This document shows positions 1 to 13,097 of a stretch of 64,000 bases of DNA, piece after piece. Both the position numbers and the translations under genes were made by a program. A model generated the notes under the pieces. The model searched no databases, was not told the origin of the DNA, and saw nothing but the letters and a program-made list of their open reading frames with translations. Where the stretch lies: positions 186,001-250,000 of the forward strand of contig QPMI01000436.1 of the NCBI GenBank assembly GCA_004431415.1, in the 5' to 3' direction. How positions within the stretch are numbered: position 1 is the first letter of the stretch; every line of letters begins with the position of its first letter. The stretch comes from Cyanophora paradoxa CCMP329. Its lineage: Eukaryota > Plantae > Glaucophyta.

Positions 1-1491
1 GCCCCGCCCTATAGGCCTCTCCTGCACCGCTACAGCCCCCCAGCATGCGCAGCGGCGCCGGCGCCCGCGCCCGCGCCCGCGGCAGCGGAGCAGCCAGCTG
101 CTGTGGTCATGGCAGCCGATGGGTCCGACCAAGGCGCGGAGCTCGCCGAGGGCCGAGGCCAGCGGTGCGCCGGCGGACTATAGTCAGCGTCGACGGAGTG
201 TCTAGTCTTAGAGCCTGTGGTCAAGTGACCAATTGCAAGGGCTTACGGTGGATACGGATGCCTTCACGGCGGATACTTAGGCCCGGCCATGATCCAAAGT
301 CGTTCTAACTATAATATTAATTATTGTCGAGGCATTATGGTGGACACATGCATATGCAGATATCAATCGGTGCATGTTTATCATGTTCATCAGTGCATGT
401 GGCAAGCGCGTGGCATGCATATGGCATAAGCTCGAATTCGCAACGTTAACAGGATGGCTACGTATACGTGTACGAAGAATTCAAAGCTCTGAGCTTTAAT
501 TTATACAGCTTTAGCTACGCGAATTCAAAGAAGGGGCTGGCTTGGCTCAGGATCCAGATTCCGAAGTTCGGGGATGCCTCAGCTGCAGGAAGCTCAGGAT
601 AACGCGTACGAATTTAAAGAATGATCATGATGTGAACATAATCGTGAGCTCGAGACACGCGACGTATACACGCGAGCTCGAGGCACTTCGATTCGGAAGT
701 TCGGCAGCTACACACATACAGAGCTAGCTATAGCGCCACCATAACTCAGAGAGACAAGTAGTGGCCGCGATCGACACTAGTGAATCAGGGGGTGTGTTCT
801 TATGCGTGGAACAGGCATAAGAACCGAAATTCTAATGGAAAGTGACCATAAGAACACAGCTTTCTTACGGTCCGATTTGTATGGTAACCGTGTGACAAAC
901 CATAAGAAACGGGCCATGATTCATTGGAACAAACGTAAGAGTCCTACGGTTGTTCCACGGTCAGCTGTTCTCATGCATGAGAACGCGATATTTCGAGCAA
1001 GTATACACATATGCATGTGGCCACCAAGTGGAATATACTACCGACCATGCATTATTATTCTAATTGCCAAGTTGACTACTATAGCTAAAGCTAGGCTACA
1101 ATGGGGTGACAGGATGATCATGACAGGGGGGTGGAGAGCTAGGCTATTGATGATCAGGTCTACTAGGCTAGAGGAAAGAATTCGAACGATGAGGAATACA
1201 GATCGGGAAAACACTAGAACTGGTGTTGTCCGACGGTCACACAGTGTGAACGTTTCTCGCAATCGTTCGTGCTGACAACGCCAGGCATAACCGGTGCCAA
1301 TTCGGCATTACATACGAATACGTAGATTTAAACGCTACGCCTAGAATCTGAATGTGATTCGATAGCGACCGTTGCGCAACCGTTGCGTACATGTGGAGGC
1401 GCCTCGTAGTCTGCCAGTGCACGCGCACGTGGCCGCGGGCGCAGCAGACCCCGGGGCGCCGGCGCCGCGTGCACGCCCGCGGCGACTGGAC

Positions 1492-4400
1492 TTACACCTT
1501 GAGGCGGCTGAGGTAGCGGAGCTTGAGGGTGAAGTGCGGCGCCGTCGCCGGCTGATCGGGCCAGCCGGGCTGCTGGTAGGTGGCAACCTTGCCGCCCTTG
1601 ATGCGGCCGTCGTACAGAAGGGTAAGGAGGTTGTCGAGCTGCGCCCTCGCCTGCGCAGACGCGGAAGGGAGCGCGAGGCTCGTTCGATCAGACAGTTTCA
1701 ACGGCTTAAATAAATACATGTTTACGCACCAGCGAGATGTAGAGCTTCTTGGTGGCGCGGGAGAGGAGGCAGAAGGGCTTGATGTAGAGGGCGGGCTGGA
1801 CGGGCGGGTCCGCGAGGACCGGGGGTGCGTCGAGGTTCTTCTTCGCCTTCTCAGCCGCCAGATCGGCCGCGTGGAGCCTCTGCTCCGCCTTCAAGATCTC
1901 CTCGCGATCGCCCTGCTGCTGCGCCTGCGCCTTCAAGACCATCGCTCCCGCCTTCTCCTCCTGCGCCTTGGCGTGGATTTCCTCGCGCCGGGTCCACACT
2001 TTCTGCAGGGCGTCCAGCGCGTCGAGCTCCTCCACGGACGGGGCGAGGCAGCCGGCGTTGATGAGGCGGCGGCAGAACTCCGCGTGCTTCGACTGCGCCA
2101 GCAGGTCTGCGATCGCGAGCAGGTACGGTAAGAGCTCCAAGTGATGCGCTCCGAGGGGACAAGGGATCCGGACTCACATGGCAGCTCAGACATGATCTTC
2201 TTCTGGTGCTCCTCGTTGCGCAGTTTCCCTTCGTCTCCCTCGGTCCTCGAGGAGCTCACGCGCCCGAGGTGGTAACTGGCCATCGAATATATATATCAGT
2301 CTAAAAACGTTCGGCATCCATGGCAATCGCATCGCACCCGCAGGCGGCAATCTTGCGGAGGTACTCGATGGGGTCGTCCCAGCACATGGCCTTCAGGTAA
2401 CGGGCGACGGGCCCCGCCTTCACCCACTCCTCCGCCTCCACCACGTTCTGCCGCGCCTTCTCAATCTCGTGGTGCCTCTCCATGGCCTTGCTTTCCATGT
2501 GCGGGCGCAGCGACTCCTCCACCCTTGCGAGCTCCTCCTTCGCCGCCTTCAGCTCGGCCTTCAACATGAGCTTGCTGCGCGAACGCGTCTGTCAGCTGCA
2601 GCTCATATGCATAATGTGTCGTTATATAAATCTAGATGTACATCTTCTACTGCAAGGTCTAGATCTAGAACTCAAGCTAAGGTCACGGGCGTTCGAGTTC
2701 GAAAATCAGAGCTTCGATGGCGCACAATCCTTCCTTGACGTCTTCCGGGAGGTCGACCGGCCCGAACTGTTCCGGCCAGCACGTCGCGTCGTTCCACTCG
2801 TTCCATGTCGCCTTGGCCCAATTGAAAGATTTCCGCTGTTCAACGAACGAACGAGAAAGGCGGTGGCCATTAGCGTAGAAGATTCTTCAACGAGGCGCAC
2901 TGGGTATCTAGATTTGCTCGAGCTCGGCCACGGCCGCGGGCGGACCTTTTCTGGGCTGAGCTCGGGGTCCCAGAAGATGACCGGCCACTGCCAAACTCTG
3001 ACTTGGAGCCTGCACACATTTCGGATCGATATACATAAATGCGCTCGTGATTGCTGCAGATAGAATTGCAGTCTGACATAAGCATCACAAAAGCATACGC
3101 ATGCGCACCAATTTTTCACGACAAAGTCAACGATTGCAGGGTAGCGGGTGACGGGATCCTGCCCAACGGTCGATACGAGCGCAATGCACGCTCAGTGAAG
3201 GGCCTACAACGGCGAACTGCACACCAACGAGAGGCCGCGGATCTCGCGCGTGTCAATGGGCCGCGGAACGTAGTTCTTCGCCTCTTCAGTCTCGTCGACG
3301 AAATCGAAGCACTCGGTCGAGAAATCTGATCATGATACAGAGTCAGCGTCACATCAGATCCAATCCGCGGCTATGCTCACTGAGTCAGCGGCTAAAAGAG
3401 ACGCACCAAGGAATATGCGCTTGGTTTCGCGGGCAAGAGACGTGGCGTCGATGTGGGTCCCCAGCATCCATGCGACGGGCCGGCCGATGATGAACATGCT
3501 GCGAATAGTTGCGCCGATGCGGGCCTCCCACTGAAGCAACGCTTCCTGCCGCACAAGGTAGCAGAGCTGCGCACGCGTGTGCGCGAAGTCAATATTCAAG
3601 CTTAAGCTGGATGGCCGGACGGCTGAACCTCGTCAAAGCGAAGGGTGTCGGGGAGGATGGACGCCCCATGAAGCTCCTTCAGTTTGTCTCTGACCGCAGT
3701 AATCTCCAGGGACTTCTTCCGAATCTGCCCGAATTCCGGATATTAATGTCAGTATCTCTAGAAGGTCAAGCTTCGAGACGAGTCAACACGGGGCGATAGC
3801 GTGCCTTGACTTGCAGCTCTAGGATCGAAGCCTTCTTCTTTTTGAGGTCATGGTCGCTTTTCTTTGCTGGCGCGTTCTCCATTTCAAACAGCTCTTTCAA
3901 TTCCTTCTTGAGACAGTCTTTTAGCCTGGCATTTGAGAGAATTTGAACATGTGCACATGATGAGATTCAGACATATATAGTTTGGTTGTTGCATGGGGCC
4001 GCACCCTTCCAATTCGATATCGTCCTTCCCCATCTCCAGAACCGCGTTGACAGCCCACTGGTCCAAACCCCCAACGACGCCCGCGCCGCTTGCATTCACC
4101 CAGACGTCGCTTCTGTGTTCAGCCTCGGCAAACGTGTCGTTTTCGTATGTCAAATCTCCATCAGCCATCACGGCGTTCAGCCTGGTTAAAAGAAGATCAG
4201 AATTCGAAGGTACATTCCCCTTCAAGCCGCTTTTATTAATATTCCCAACAAAACGCACCTCCACTCCTTCATCACACGGTGAGCCCGGACGAGCCTCCCG
4301 ATGAAAGACTCCAGCTGCAAGCGCGATTCGAACAGCTGCAGGATCGTCGAATTCGAATTCGAAACTCGAGCGCACCTCATCTGGCGAAATAAGGTAGTGG

Positions 4401-7234
4401 CGGGTGAAGCGCCGGATGAAGTGGCCCAGCCCGCGACCGGCCCGTATGATTTGTTTGAGGCCCTCATTCCCGTCGCCGATCCACTCGAGCTCCCTCACGA
4501 AGCGTTCGTTGAAGTATGCCTCCCTGCCGACATAAGTCAACCTTTACCTGTACAAGAGCATCTCGTGCACAGCAGTACTAGAATGTGAAATTCGCGGAAG
4601 TTGGCCGACGTCGGCGTTCCTTTTATCATGAATTTTATCATGAATAGTGTGGGATCTAGACCTATAGCTAGAGCAAATCGGGATCAAAAATATTATAAAG
4701 CATCTCGAACCGCGCCGCGTCAAGGGTTGGCGACAGGGCCGTACGCTGGAACCATGCCTGCACATTTCAACGTTAACGTCGACATCAGCGAGCGACAAGA
4801 GGATGCATGGCGTCGACGTCGACTGACCCAGTGGAATTGTGGCGACGTGAGCTCGAGCGTGAGCGCTCCCCTCACGCCGAGCTCGAAAGGAGGATCCATT
4901 AATTGCGATTCTCCCGATTCGCGCGACTGCGTTGGCTGTAAGCCCTTGCCGATCTTCAAGATCTCAAAGTCGATGAAAGAGCCGTGTTTGTTGATCCCGC
5001 GCTGCAGACGCATGAAAACGCTGGGCGTGAACTAAAGCGCTTAAGCTTGTTATTATAAAGGGCTTCACGCACGAAAGCTGAACGCAGATAGATTCTGCTA
5101 TCGGTCTGTTCGAGGCTCCAGCCGCAGCAGAAGTACTTTCGGAACCATTTTTTGACATTCTTTTTAAAAGACTTCTTTGCCTGCTCGCTGAGGGCTTGGT
5201 CTTCCAGGTATGCCTCTGATCCCTCGCTGAGCACCTGCAGCAGATGAAAACAAATCAGCCAAAAGGCAATGAAAGCGAGGCAAGTGAAGATTGAGCGCAC
5301 ATCGTAGAAAAATCGCAAATGGTGGGGACGACCGCTCGCGTACACGCTCCACACGCCGTAGTGTTGAACACTGCTGGATTTGGAGTTGGACCCGGGGCCC
5401 GAATACGAGCGCGCGAGCGGTCCGCTGTCCTCGACTGGATTTCCTTCATTTTCCGCATCGACGGGGACGGCGCCCGGGTTCAAAAGCTCTCTCTCTTCGG
5501 TTCGGCCATCATCTTTCACGTCCGTCTTGACGCCGTAGAAGCGCTTGTGGTGGCGCGAGCTCACGTCGAACCAAATCTGTCGCGCTGATAAGCACTCTCG
5601 CTGGCAGTAGCGCTCTTGTATAAATAGCGCATAATATAACTAATGCGAACCCGCAAACGCTGCGGGATGCCGGAGCCGTCCGACCTTCTTTTCTCTGGTT
5701 GCGGGATGTGCACCCGATCCTGATTTCGAGCATATTAGTGCTAATATTTAATATTGGCGAATCAAACTCGCATCGACAAGGATTGCGTACCATTAGGCCA
5801 TCCGACATCGATCCATTGCCGCTCATGTTCACGGTGTTGAATTTAGATCCAAGGCCGTGCGCCGTCGCAACTGCCGACACAGACCTCAAACGTAAGTGGT
5901 TCTACCGCTAACAGCTTTACGGCGCTGCGGCGCTGAATTCGGGCAAGCGCGAGCAAGCGGACCATCCGGAAGTGACTTGGAGGACATTTGGAGCCCGGTG
6001 CGGTCCACAGGCCGATTTCCGTTCACGTCCCCGCCAGCGGACGAGGACGAAGAGGGGTCGGCCCAGGTCAGCTTCTCGAGAACTGAGCTGTGGTCAAGTC
6101 CGCGCGGCCTCGAAGACAGTGTGATCCTGCACGTGCGCGTGTTCAATCGAATTCTTGTTTAAGCGCTTTCGAAGGCGAGTTGATGCGCTCACGCAGCGTA
6201 GAGGGCGTTGTTGATAGGCCAAATATTTCCGTGCTCTTTGATGGTGTCCGCTTCCTCCTGCATCTTCTCCCGTGTTTTTCTGAAGGCCCGGGTGAAATCA
6301 GATTAAAATTTGCGTCAGAGTTTTGCAACCCCTACAAACCTGTAGATCTCCTCATAGCTGTACAGGCATTTACGGGATGAGATTTGCGATAAATTAAAGA
6401 TACAGAGAAAATAATCGCTCTCGCCTCTTGTTGACGATAGCGATGAAAACGTTTGTGAAGATCAGAATGATGAACACAACGAAGCACATGAAGAAAACGA
6501 TGCCAGAGCCTCGAGAAGTATCCGCCCAGGTTGGATAATCAAACTACGGAATATTAATTGATTGTATAAACAAAAGAATGAAAACGGAATCTCACGTCTC
6601 CAAGAAGGAAACGGAAGAGGTTGGCGTACTGCGCGTTAAAGATAAATTTCAGCCATGCATATGCAATGTATTGCCGCAGTGCGGCTGCAACTCTATGCGT
6701 GGAGCCGGCGCCGGCGCACGGATTCTGTGAAGTTGCGGAATTCGAGGACTTGGAAGCCGAACACGATCATGCCGGCAAGGGCGAAGGCCCCGAAGAGCAG
6801 GAGGATGACGAAAACAAAGCCAAGAATTCTGACATGTGCAAAATCAGAGCGGAGACGCGCCCGAAATACAACAAACGTGTGGGGCCCTAGCATGTCCAGT
6901 TTTTGTAAATAGGAGGGAGAATGAGGCATGCGCGTAGCTGCCGGAAAGGCTTCCCTCGTGCCTACCGAGTGTGTCGGAGGCGACCGGGATTTTGCCGTAC
7001 CCGAAGTGCGGCAACTCGCAAATGTTTAATCGATTATTAAATAAGGATATCCTAGGGCCCCACACGAAACAGCGAGAAAGCGCACGGCCTCCAGGCATGC
7101 ACAATGGTCGACCAGAGAATATACAGCTGCGGCGAAATGCGGAAATACTTGAAGAGCCGGAAGCCGTAGATGACAACCATGACACCTGTTCAAATTCGAG
7201 TTCGAGTCAGCCAAAATTGTTTTTGACGTATTAG

Positions 7235-7316
<82 letters not shown>

Positions 7317-10292
7317 AACGACGCTTCTAATTAAACGAAGCATCTCGATGTGAAATCGCACCCGCGACATCGCTGACGTCTCGGTTCATGTTGCGAATCT
7401 TCTGAAGATTGCGGATGGCGTCCGCGTATCTCACTGTCTCCCCTTCTGTAATCTGTCTCAAAAATCACAGTCGTTCTATTGAGGCTCTCGATCGAGTCGA
7501 TTGTGCGATCGCAAGGCGAACCGCATTGAACACGTTGTTGCTGCACATTGACGAAATAGCCCATTCACAGTTATAAATGCGAATCACAACGCGCGCTATC
7601 TGAGGCGATACCTGTAATTGTAGTACATGGCAAACTTGTAGACAAGGTAGACGTGGAGGCAGCAGAGAAGGGTTTCGATGACGTTCCAGAAGTTGAAAAC
7701 GTAGTCCAGACGCTGCCTGACCATCTCGAAAAACTCGGTGACCACTGAAGCAAGGAAGAGATTATGGATTAGCTACCGTAGTACGCATACTAGCATACGC
7801 ATGCGCTTAGAGTGTGAGCGCACCGATGCCGATCAGTATGGCTGCGTATACTGCCAGGAAAATGTTTTGCACTGCGTTTAATTTAGGAGCGCATCAGTTG
7901 CAGCCAGGGGTGCGCAGGAGTTTAATGAATCGAAGAACTAGCTGTAGCTGTGCAGCCGTGCACGTGCGAACGTTTGTCCTCGGCCAGGAAGATGTAGACG
8001 GGACGGACGGAATGGGACGGGATGATAAAACCGGAGGTCGGCATCTCGAGGAGAAGCTCGGCGATCGTGTAGATCTGCGGGGACGCGTACGCGTTGATCG
8101 GCGCGATTGAAATACGCTATAGCGCTATAGAAAGTGCATATCGAGCGCTATAGCTAGCTATAGAAAACACTAGTACTGACATTAGTGTGCTTGTTGTAGA
8201 GCGCGAAGCTGATAGCCGCGGCGCGCGTGTTGTCTGCAATGTCATGATCAGCGAGCCAAGCGAGGGACTCGAGAGGAATCAGCGATTGCAATTGTGATCA
8301 CCGTCGATCCACTTGGCTTCCTGAAGCGCTTCGACTTGGGCCTGGGCCCGCTTGCGGACGTCTTCAGCGTTGTTGGCCTGCCGGTCGATCCCGACGTCTA
8401 TAAGGTGCAGGTATCCGCCTTCGCCGTACGTGTCGATGTAGTCTTTCTGCGTTCACATATATTGTTTCAGGTGATCATGCGCGCGCGATCGTTTGCCTTC
8501 GAATTCGAATCGAAGCAGTGGCCTACCTGCATGGTCGACCAGTAGCGGGAGGCGCGGAGCTCGCTCAGCTCGTCTCTCCACGTGTACAGGCTCCTTAAGC
8601 CCTTCGCAATTTGGGGCGCGTATTTCGGGTCCGTGAAAACGAGCGGCTCCCGGTACTCCGCCTTTCCGCTGCAGTAGAAAATCAGCGCTTGAGGTATTTA
8701 ATTCAAATTTGAAGCTCATCATCATGAGCAAAGAACTGGCAGACCTGACGCTCCCTGAGGATGAGACATTAATATTGAAGCGGAGAGTGCGCCACCGTCA
8801 GCCCGATGAAAATGCACGAAAATGACACACGGCGCTGAATTTAAAAACTTTGTGCATGCGCACAATCATCGAAACAGATGGAATTTGCGCCGAAGATTCT
8901 CGTAACGACAGATGGGCTGAGGCACTGGTCGGTCGTCTTGGGGCGCACGCGAATCTGCAAGCGGTGCATTCGATCAGTCAAACTTGTCGGAGCGCGGCCG
9001 CGGCCGCGCCTCGAATAGAGTAAAAGCTTCACCTGGCGAATATCGATGGTGGACAGGGGCCGCTGGAAGAGTCCGTAGATCTCGGCTTCGCGGTCCACCG
9101 GCGTCAGGAGGGGGATAAGGACCTCCTTCATCCACTTGTACACGTCCTCGATTGTGTTCGCCGCCATGAAGAAGGGAAAGGCGTCTGCTTGCGAAACCTT
9201 TTGTCCCTGCGATCGCGATCATGATCAATGTCATGAATATTCTCGAGGGCAACGATAATTAGAATAGGTATCAACGTGGAAGAGAGGAAGCACCGGCACA
9301 GGCTGGAGTTGCAAGAGACCTGCGCATGCGATTCGCCGGGAGTCAATCGATATTGCAATATTAATCCCACCGAGCGCTCGTACGCGCGACAATGATCATG
9401 ACCATTATCTGCACAAAAGCTTCCGCACCACCTTCAGCGGAGAGTTGGCCCGAGTGCTCGTACGCGCGGCTCAGCGGCATGAGCATGATAACCTGCGCAT
9501 CGATATCAGAAAACGAACGCGATCTCAAATTGCAATTGCCTCTTCATCGCTATTAGCAAGCTCTCTATAGATCGGCATCATATTTGAGCACAATATTCCC
9601 CTGTAAATTGGTAAATGCATTTGAGCTCAACTTCGTGTTTATAAATTACCGCTATGCAAAAAGAGTCGGAATTACTAGTTTCGAACCATTGCGTAGAACA
9701 GAAGCAGGAAGAGGATGAAGATGCACATCTCGCGGGTGAGCTTGATTCTGCGGAACGAAGGAAACGAGTAGGGTTATAGTCTACATGTGAATTATACATG
9801 GCTTCTAGTCTACTTCTACTACATATACGCATGCACGCATTCGTGTGCGGCTTTAATTTGCACAAATTAAACTCTCACCGCGTGTAGGTAAGGTTGAAGA
9901 GGCGGGCGCGCTTGAGGTTGAGGCGCATGAAGCGGAACCTTCGAATTTGCAGGCGGATCCGGAGTCAATTGCAAGCGATATTAACATGGCATTTCGTATA
10001 TATGCATTTATATATATGGACTGGGACCACGGCCCGCGCACTCGTGCTCTAGGTGCTTGCGGACGATCCCGGGCTCTTCCAGGTCGACCTCCTTCTTCTT
10101 GCCGCCCTTGTCCTGCTGCTGCAGCGCGTCCTTCGAATTCTCGTTCACCGGCATCGCGTACTTGTCCGACGTCCGGTCGATGTTCGGGTCCGCCTTGAGG
10201 CCGATGTGGGTGGCCAGCACCTCCTCCGGCGGATCGGAGGACGACAGTATGCTTCCCCGGCGGCGCACGCGAGCGTTTGGTTCCGCCGCCAT
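1492..10292 (-). CDS. Multi-exon polycystin-2 (PKD2/TRPP)-like cation channel with a long coiled-coil-rich C-terminal extension
   Basis: Manual splicing gives PKD2-family motifs in order: S1 RIKLTREMCIFILFLLLFYAM; NTIEDVYKWMKEVL; HRLQIRVR; TYGEGGYLHLID...LQEAKWID-NTRAAAISFALYN; ELLLEMPTSGFIIPS; YVFNFWNVIE; FRLFKYFRISPQLYILWSTI; ILGFVFVILLLFGAFALAGMIVFG; LFRFLLGD-FDY; FTNVFIAIVNK. ATG at 10292. Exons appear to continue to a stop near 1492, with 1-2 apparent frameshifts at homopolymers. The 3' end is approximate. Confidence 0.85.
6876..7066. mobile_element. Intronic MITE (191 bp)
   Basis: Perfect 15-bp TIR CGTGTGGGGCCCTAG (6876-6890) / CTAGGGCCCCACACG (7052-7066), flanked by AAA on both sides, inside a PKD2-like gene intron. 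Confidence 0.7.
7236..7313. repeat. (TA)n microsatellite, ~39 units, intronic
   Basis: Directly visible. Confidence 0.98.
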
Positions 10293-11653
10293 TCCGCTCT
10301 GTCGGAATCGATCATGCGCAATTGTAGCGCAGGTGTGATAGACATTGGCGCACCATGACCATTTGACCGGCTTTGGCGAACCGTTTTGCGCTCTCACTCA
10401 TTTCGGATCCCGGCTGTCGACATGGAATTTCAAATTGTGATCGCGAGGGAACGGTCGGGCTAATTGATCATGAGGAAGCCAAGGCGGCCCATGGCCACGC
10501 ACCCTGAGCCTGTTCTTCTCGTGATCAGGATTCCCGTACGCGTTGGACCACACATCGACTTTAACTTCAGACGAAATCGCTTCCAAGGCAGCATTTGGCT
10601 GGCCGTTGCTGAAGTCGCTGTGCTGGCCATATGCATGTTCATTGCTGCGCGCAAGCATGCGCAGACGCAATCGATCAGCTGCAGCTATGCATATGGCCAG
10701 GGCCGCGCGCTGATATCGATCATGACAAGAGCATCAGGAAACTGAGCATGATCAGAAAGCACCTTGGCTGTTGGACATGTGAGGCGAAAGTGACGTGAGA
10801 GTTGCCGCTGTCGACCGGCAGAGGATGGACATTGAAGTTCTGATGGCGGATGTGTGTAGATGTACGTGAGCACCGGTACGGACAAAGTTTGCGGTGCGCA
10901 TGCACATACGGGAAACCTGCATGCACCTGATCGTAACCGGAGAGCACGGGAGGAGGCGGCGGCTTGAAAGATTGGCTCGCCATGGCCGTTCAATAATCCG
11001 TGCGACGAGATAGCGGCAGCTGCAGCTGCAGATGCAATTGGTAGTAGCTGTTTTGTGATAGGACGCGCTTCGTCAGGCTAGTTGGTGCAGCCTGCGGGTG
11101 CAAATCCCGGGCAGTCAGCTACAGGCCTAGGCCCAAGCTGCTCTGCGGCCCTGAGCAGCTGAAGCCTGCGGCCTTCTGCAGCGCATGCGTATGATCAGTC
11201 TCCGTCAGGAGGGAGCGACCGCAGTGCGGAAGGTCAAGCTTAAAATCTCACCGTCAGGAGGGTCTATCACGCGTACTTGTCCGGATATCGATGTGGATCC
11301 TCGAAGTTCAACAGCTCGCGAGATACGCGTACGGTATCGCCGGACCAGGCTGCTCAGGCGGATCTAGACTAAGAAGCCGCCCCTAGACCTTGCGCATGCG
11401 CATGCCAGTCTGGCAGGTTTGCCGCAGTGCAGCTCTTGCAATTGCCAATTGCAAGTTGCCAACTTGATACCGTAGTACTATGATAAGGGGCTGAAGGCTG
11501 AAGCCCGTCGCCGGCGGCCGGCCTGCAGGCTGCAGCTACCAGGCTAGCTATAGTATACGTACCAGCTGAGGCTTCAAGTCACTGCCATGCTGAGTAGCTG
11601 TATACGTATGAGGCTACTATGAGCCTGTATCACTGAGTCATAGTATCATAGTA

Positions 11654-11883
11654 CTGTAGAACTAGTAAATTTAGTACAGGAAAATAATTAGTACTTTGCC
11701 AAAACTGCCACTTGAGCAGCTGGTAAAATTTTAGTAGATAAGTCTTGGCGGGGCTTTTGTATGGCGGAGGCGGGGCTACCCCTAAGAAATCTCTGCTTTA
11801 GCAGGCGGGAAATGTTTAGTAGATCGTCCAAAAACTTTTAGTACTATAAATATGCAGCCCACTAAATATTTCTAGTTCTACAG
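11654..11883. mobile_element. Tc1/mariner-type MITE (230 bp)
   Basis: TIR CTGTAGAACTAG...CTAGTTCTACAG, extending imperfectly to ~22 bp, with TA on both sides (11652-53, 11884-85). Confidence 0.8.
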
Positions 11884-12279
11884 TACTACGGTCACCGGGT
11901 CACGGGTATGCCGCTCAGGCGGCTCAGCCTGGCACTGGCTGCCAGTGGCTGGCAGCGCCGCAGCGGCCTCAGCCTAGCCTTGTCACTGTAGTAGTCAGCC
12001 GCCGGCGCCCGGCGGCCACCGGCGCCCGCGGCCGGCGGCGCCGGGCGCTGCCTGCCAGGGCCGGCCGCGGCCAGTGCGGCTGCACTGCGGCACTGCACAG
12101 TCTGCACTGACTCGTGAGCGGCAGCCTGCAGGCTCGAGTTCGGAGTCCGAAGCCAGGCCGGCGGCCGGCCGGCGGCCGGCCGCGGGCGCGGCGCGAGCTC
12201 GAGCTCGAGGCTCGAGCTCGAGCTCATGATCACAGGATTCACAGGAATCACAGGGATTCACAGCTCAGCTCAGCGGCTA

Positions 12280-12509
12280 CCGTGTAATACTTATTTACTG
12301 CGCCACAAATTACTGCGTTCCAAATTTTCTGCGCCGGTAGGCGCTTTACTGCGCTACCAAATTACTGCGTTCCATCGGCCTCGAAAACGCATTATTTGTT
12401 AGCAAAGGGGGTAATACTGCGCTACCAAATTACTGCGTTCTAAAAATTTTGAGCGCAGTAATATGGTAGCGCAGTAGTTATGTCAGCGCGGTAATTAAGT
12501 ATTACACGG
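12280..12509. mobile_element. Tc1/mariner (pogo-like) MITE (230 bp)
   Basis: TIR CCGTGTAATACTTA...TAAGTATTACACGG, TA TSD, and internal repeated TTACTGCG motifs in both orientations. Confidence 0.85.
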
Positions 12510-12651
12510 TAGCGTTGCACTGCCACTGCCTGCCAGGCTGCGGCTCAGGCGCCCGGCTCAGAGACTCTGAGCGCCGGCGGCGGCTCAGGCTGGCTGACCG
12601 TCGGACACAGTGACTCTGTCAGTGAGGCGCTTCAAGCCGCGCGCTTGAAAT

Positions 12652-13097
12652 CATGATCAAAACTTGAAATCGAAATCGACGCGAATCGCAATTCGCCGTG
12701 TTCGCGAATCGCGAATCGCTATCGAACTTGAAATATCAGTGAATCGACAATGATCGATCGGCCGGCGCGCGCCGGACGCCGCCGGCCGGTCCGCCGCCGG
12801 ACTTCCGGTCCAAGTTCCGGATCGGAACCGGTAAGTTTGGGGCTCGCAAAGTTGATTCGCGTCACAGCGTCAGGCCACTGGTCGGCAGCCGATCGATATA
12901 TCGTGATCGCGCGATCGCGATCGCCGGCCGATTGGCCGATTCGGAATTTCGGATCATTGTTTTCTGAGAAAAACAGTTGAAAAAACGGCGGAAATTTAAT
13001 CGCGATCATAATCGGATCGCGATTCCGAGAAGTTCGCGATCGCGGCCCGATTCGCGGGTCAATATATAATGATCGAAATATATATAATGTTATCATG
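12652..13097. mobile_element. Degenerate hAT-like non-autonomous element
   Basis: Imperfect TIR CATGATCAAA / TGTTATCATG; 8-bp flanks CTTGAAAT vs CATGAAAC (6/8 match); dense internal GAATCG/GATCGCG repeats. Confidence 0.4.

Noticed and set aside
3884-4540. 218-aa ORF as a stand-alone gene
   Set aside because: It reads through introns and is part of the PKD2-like gene.
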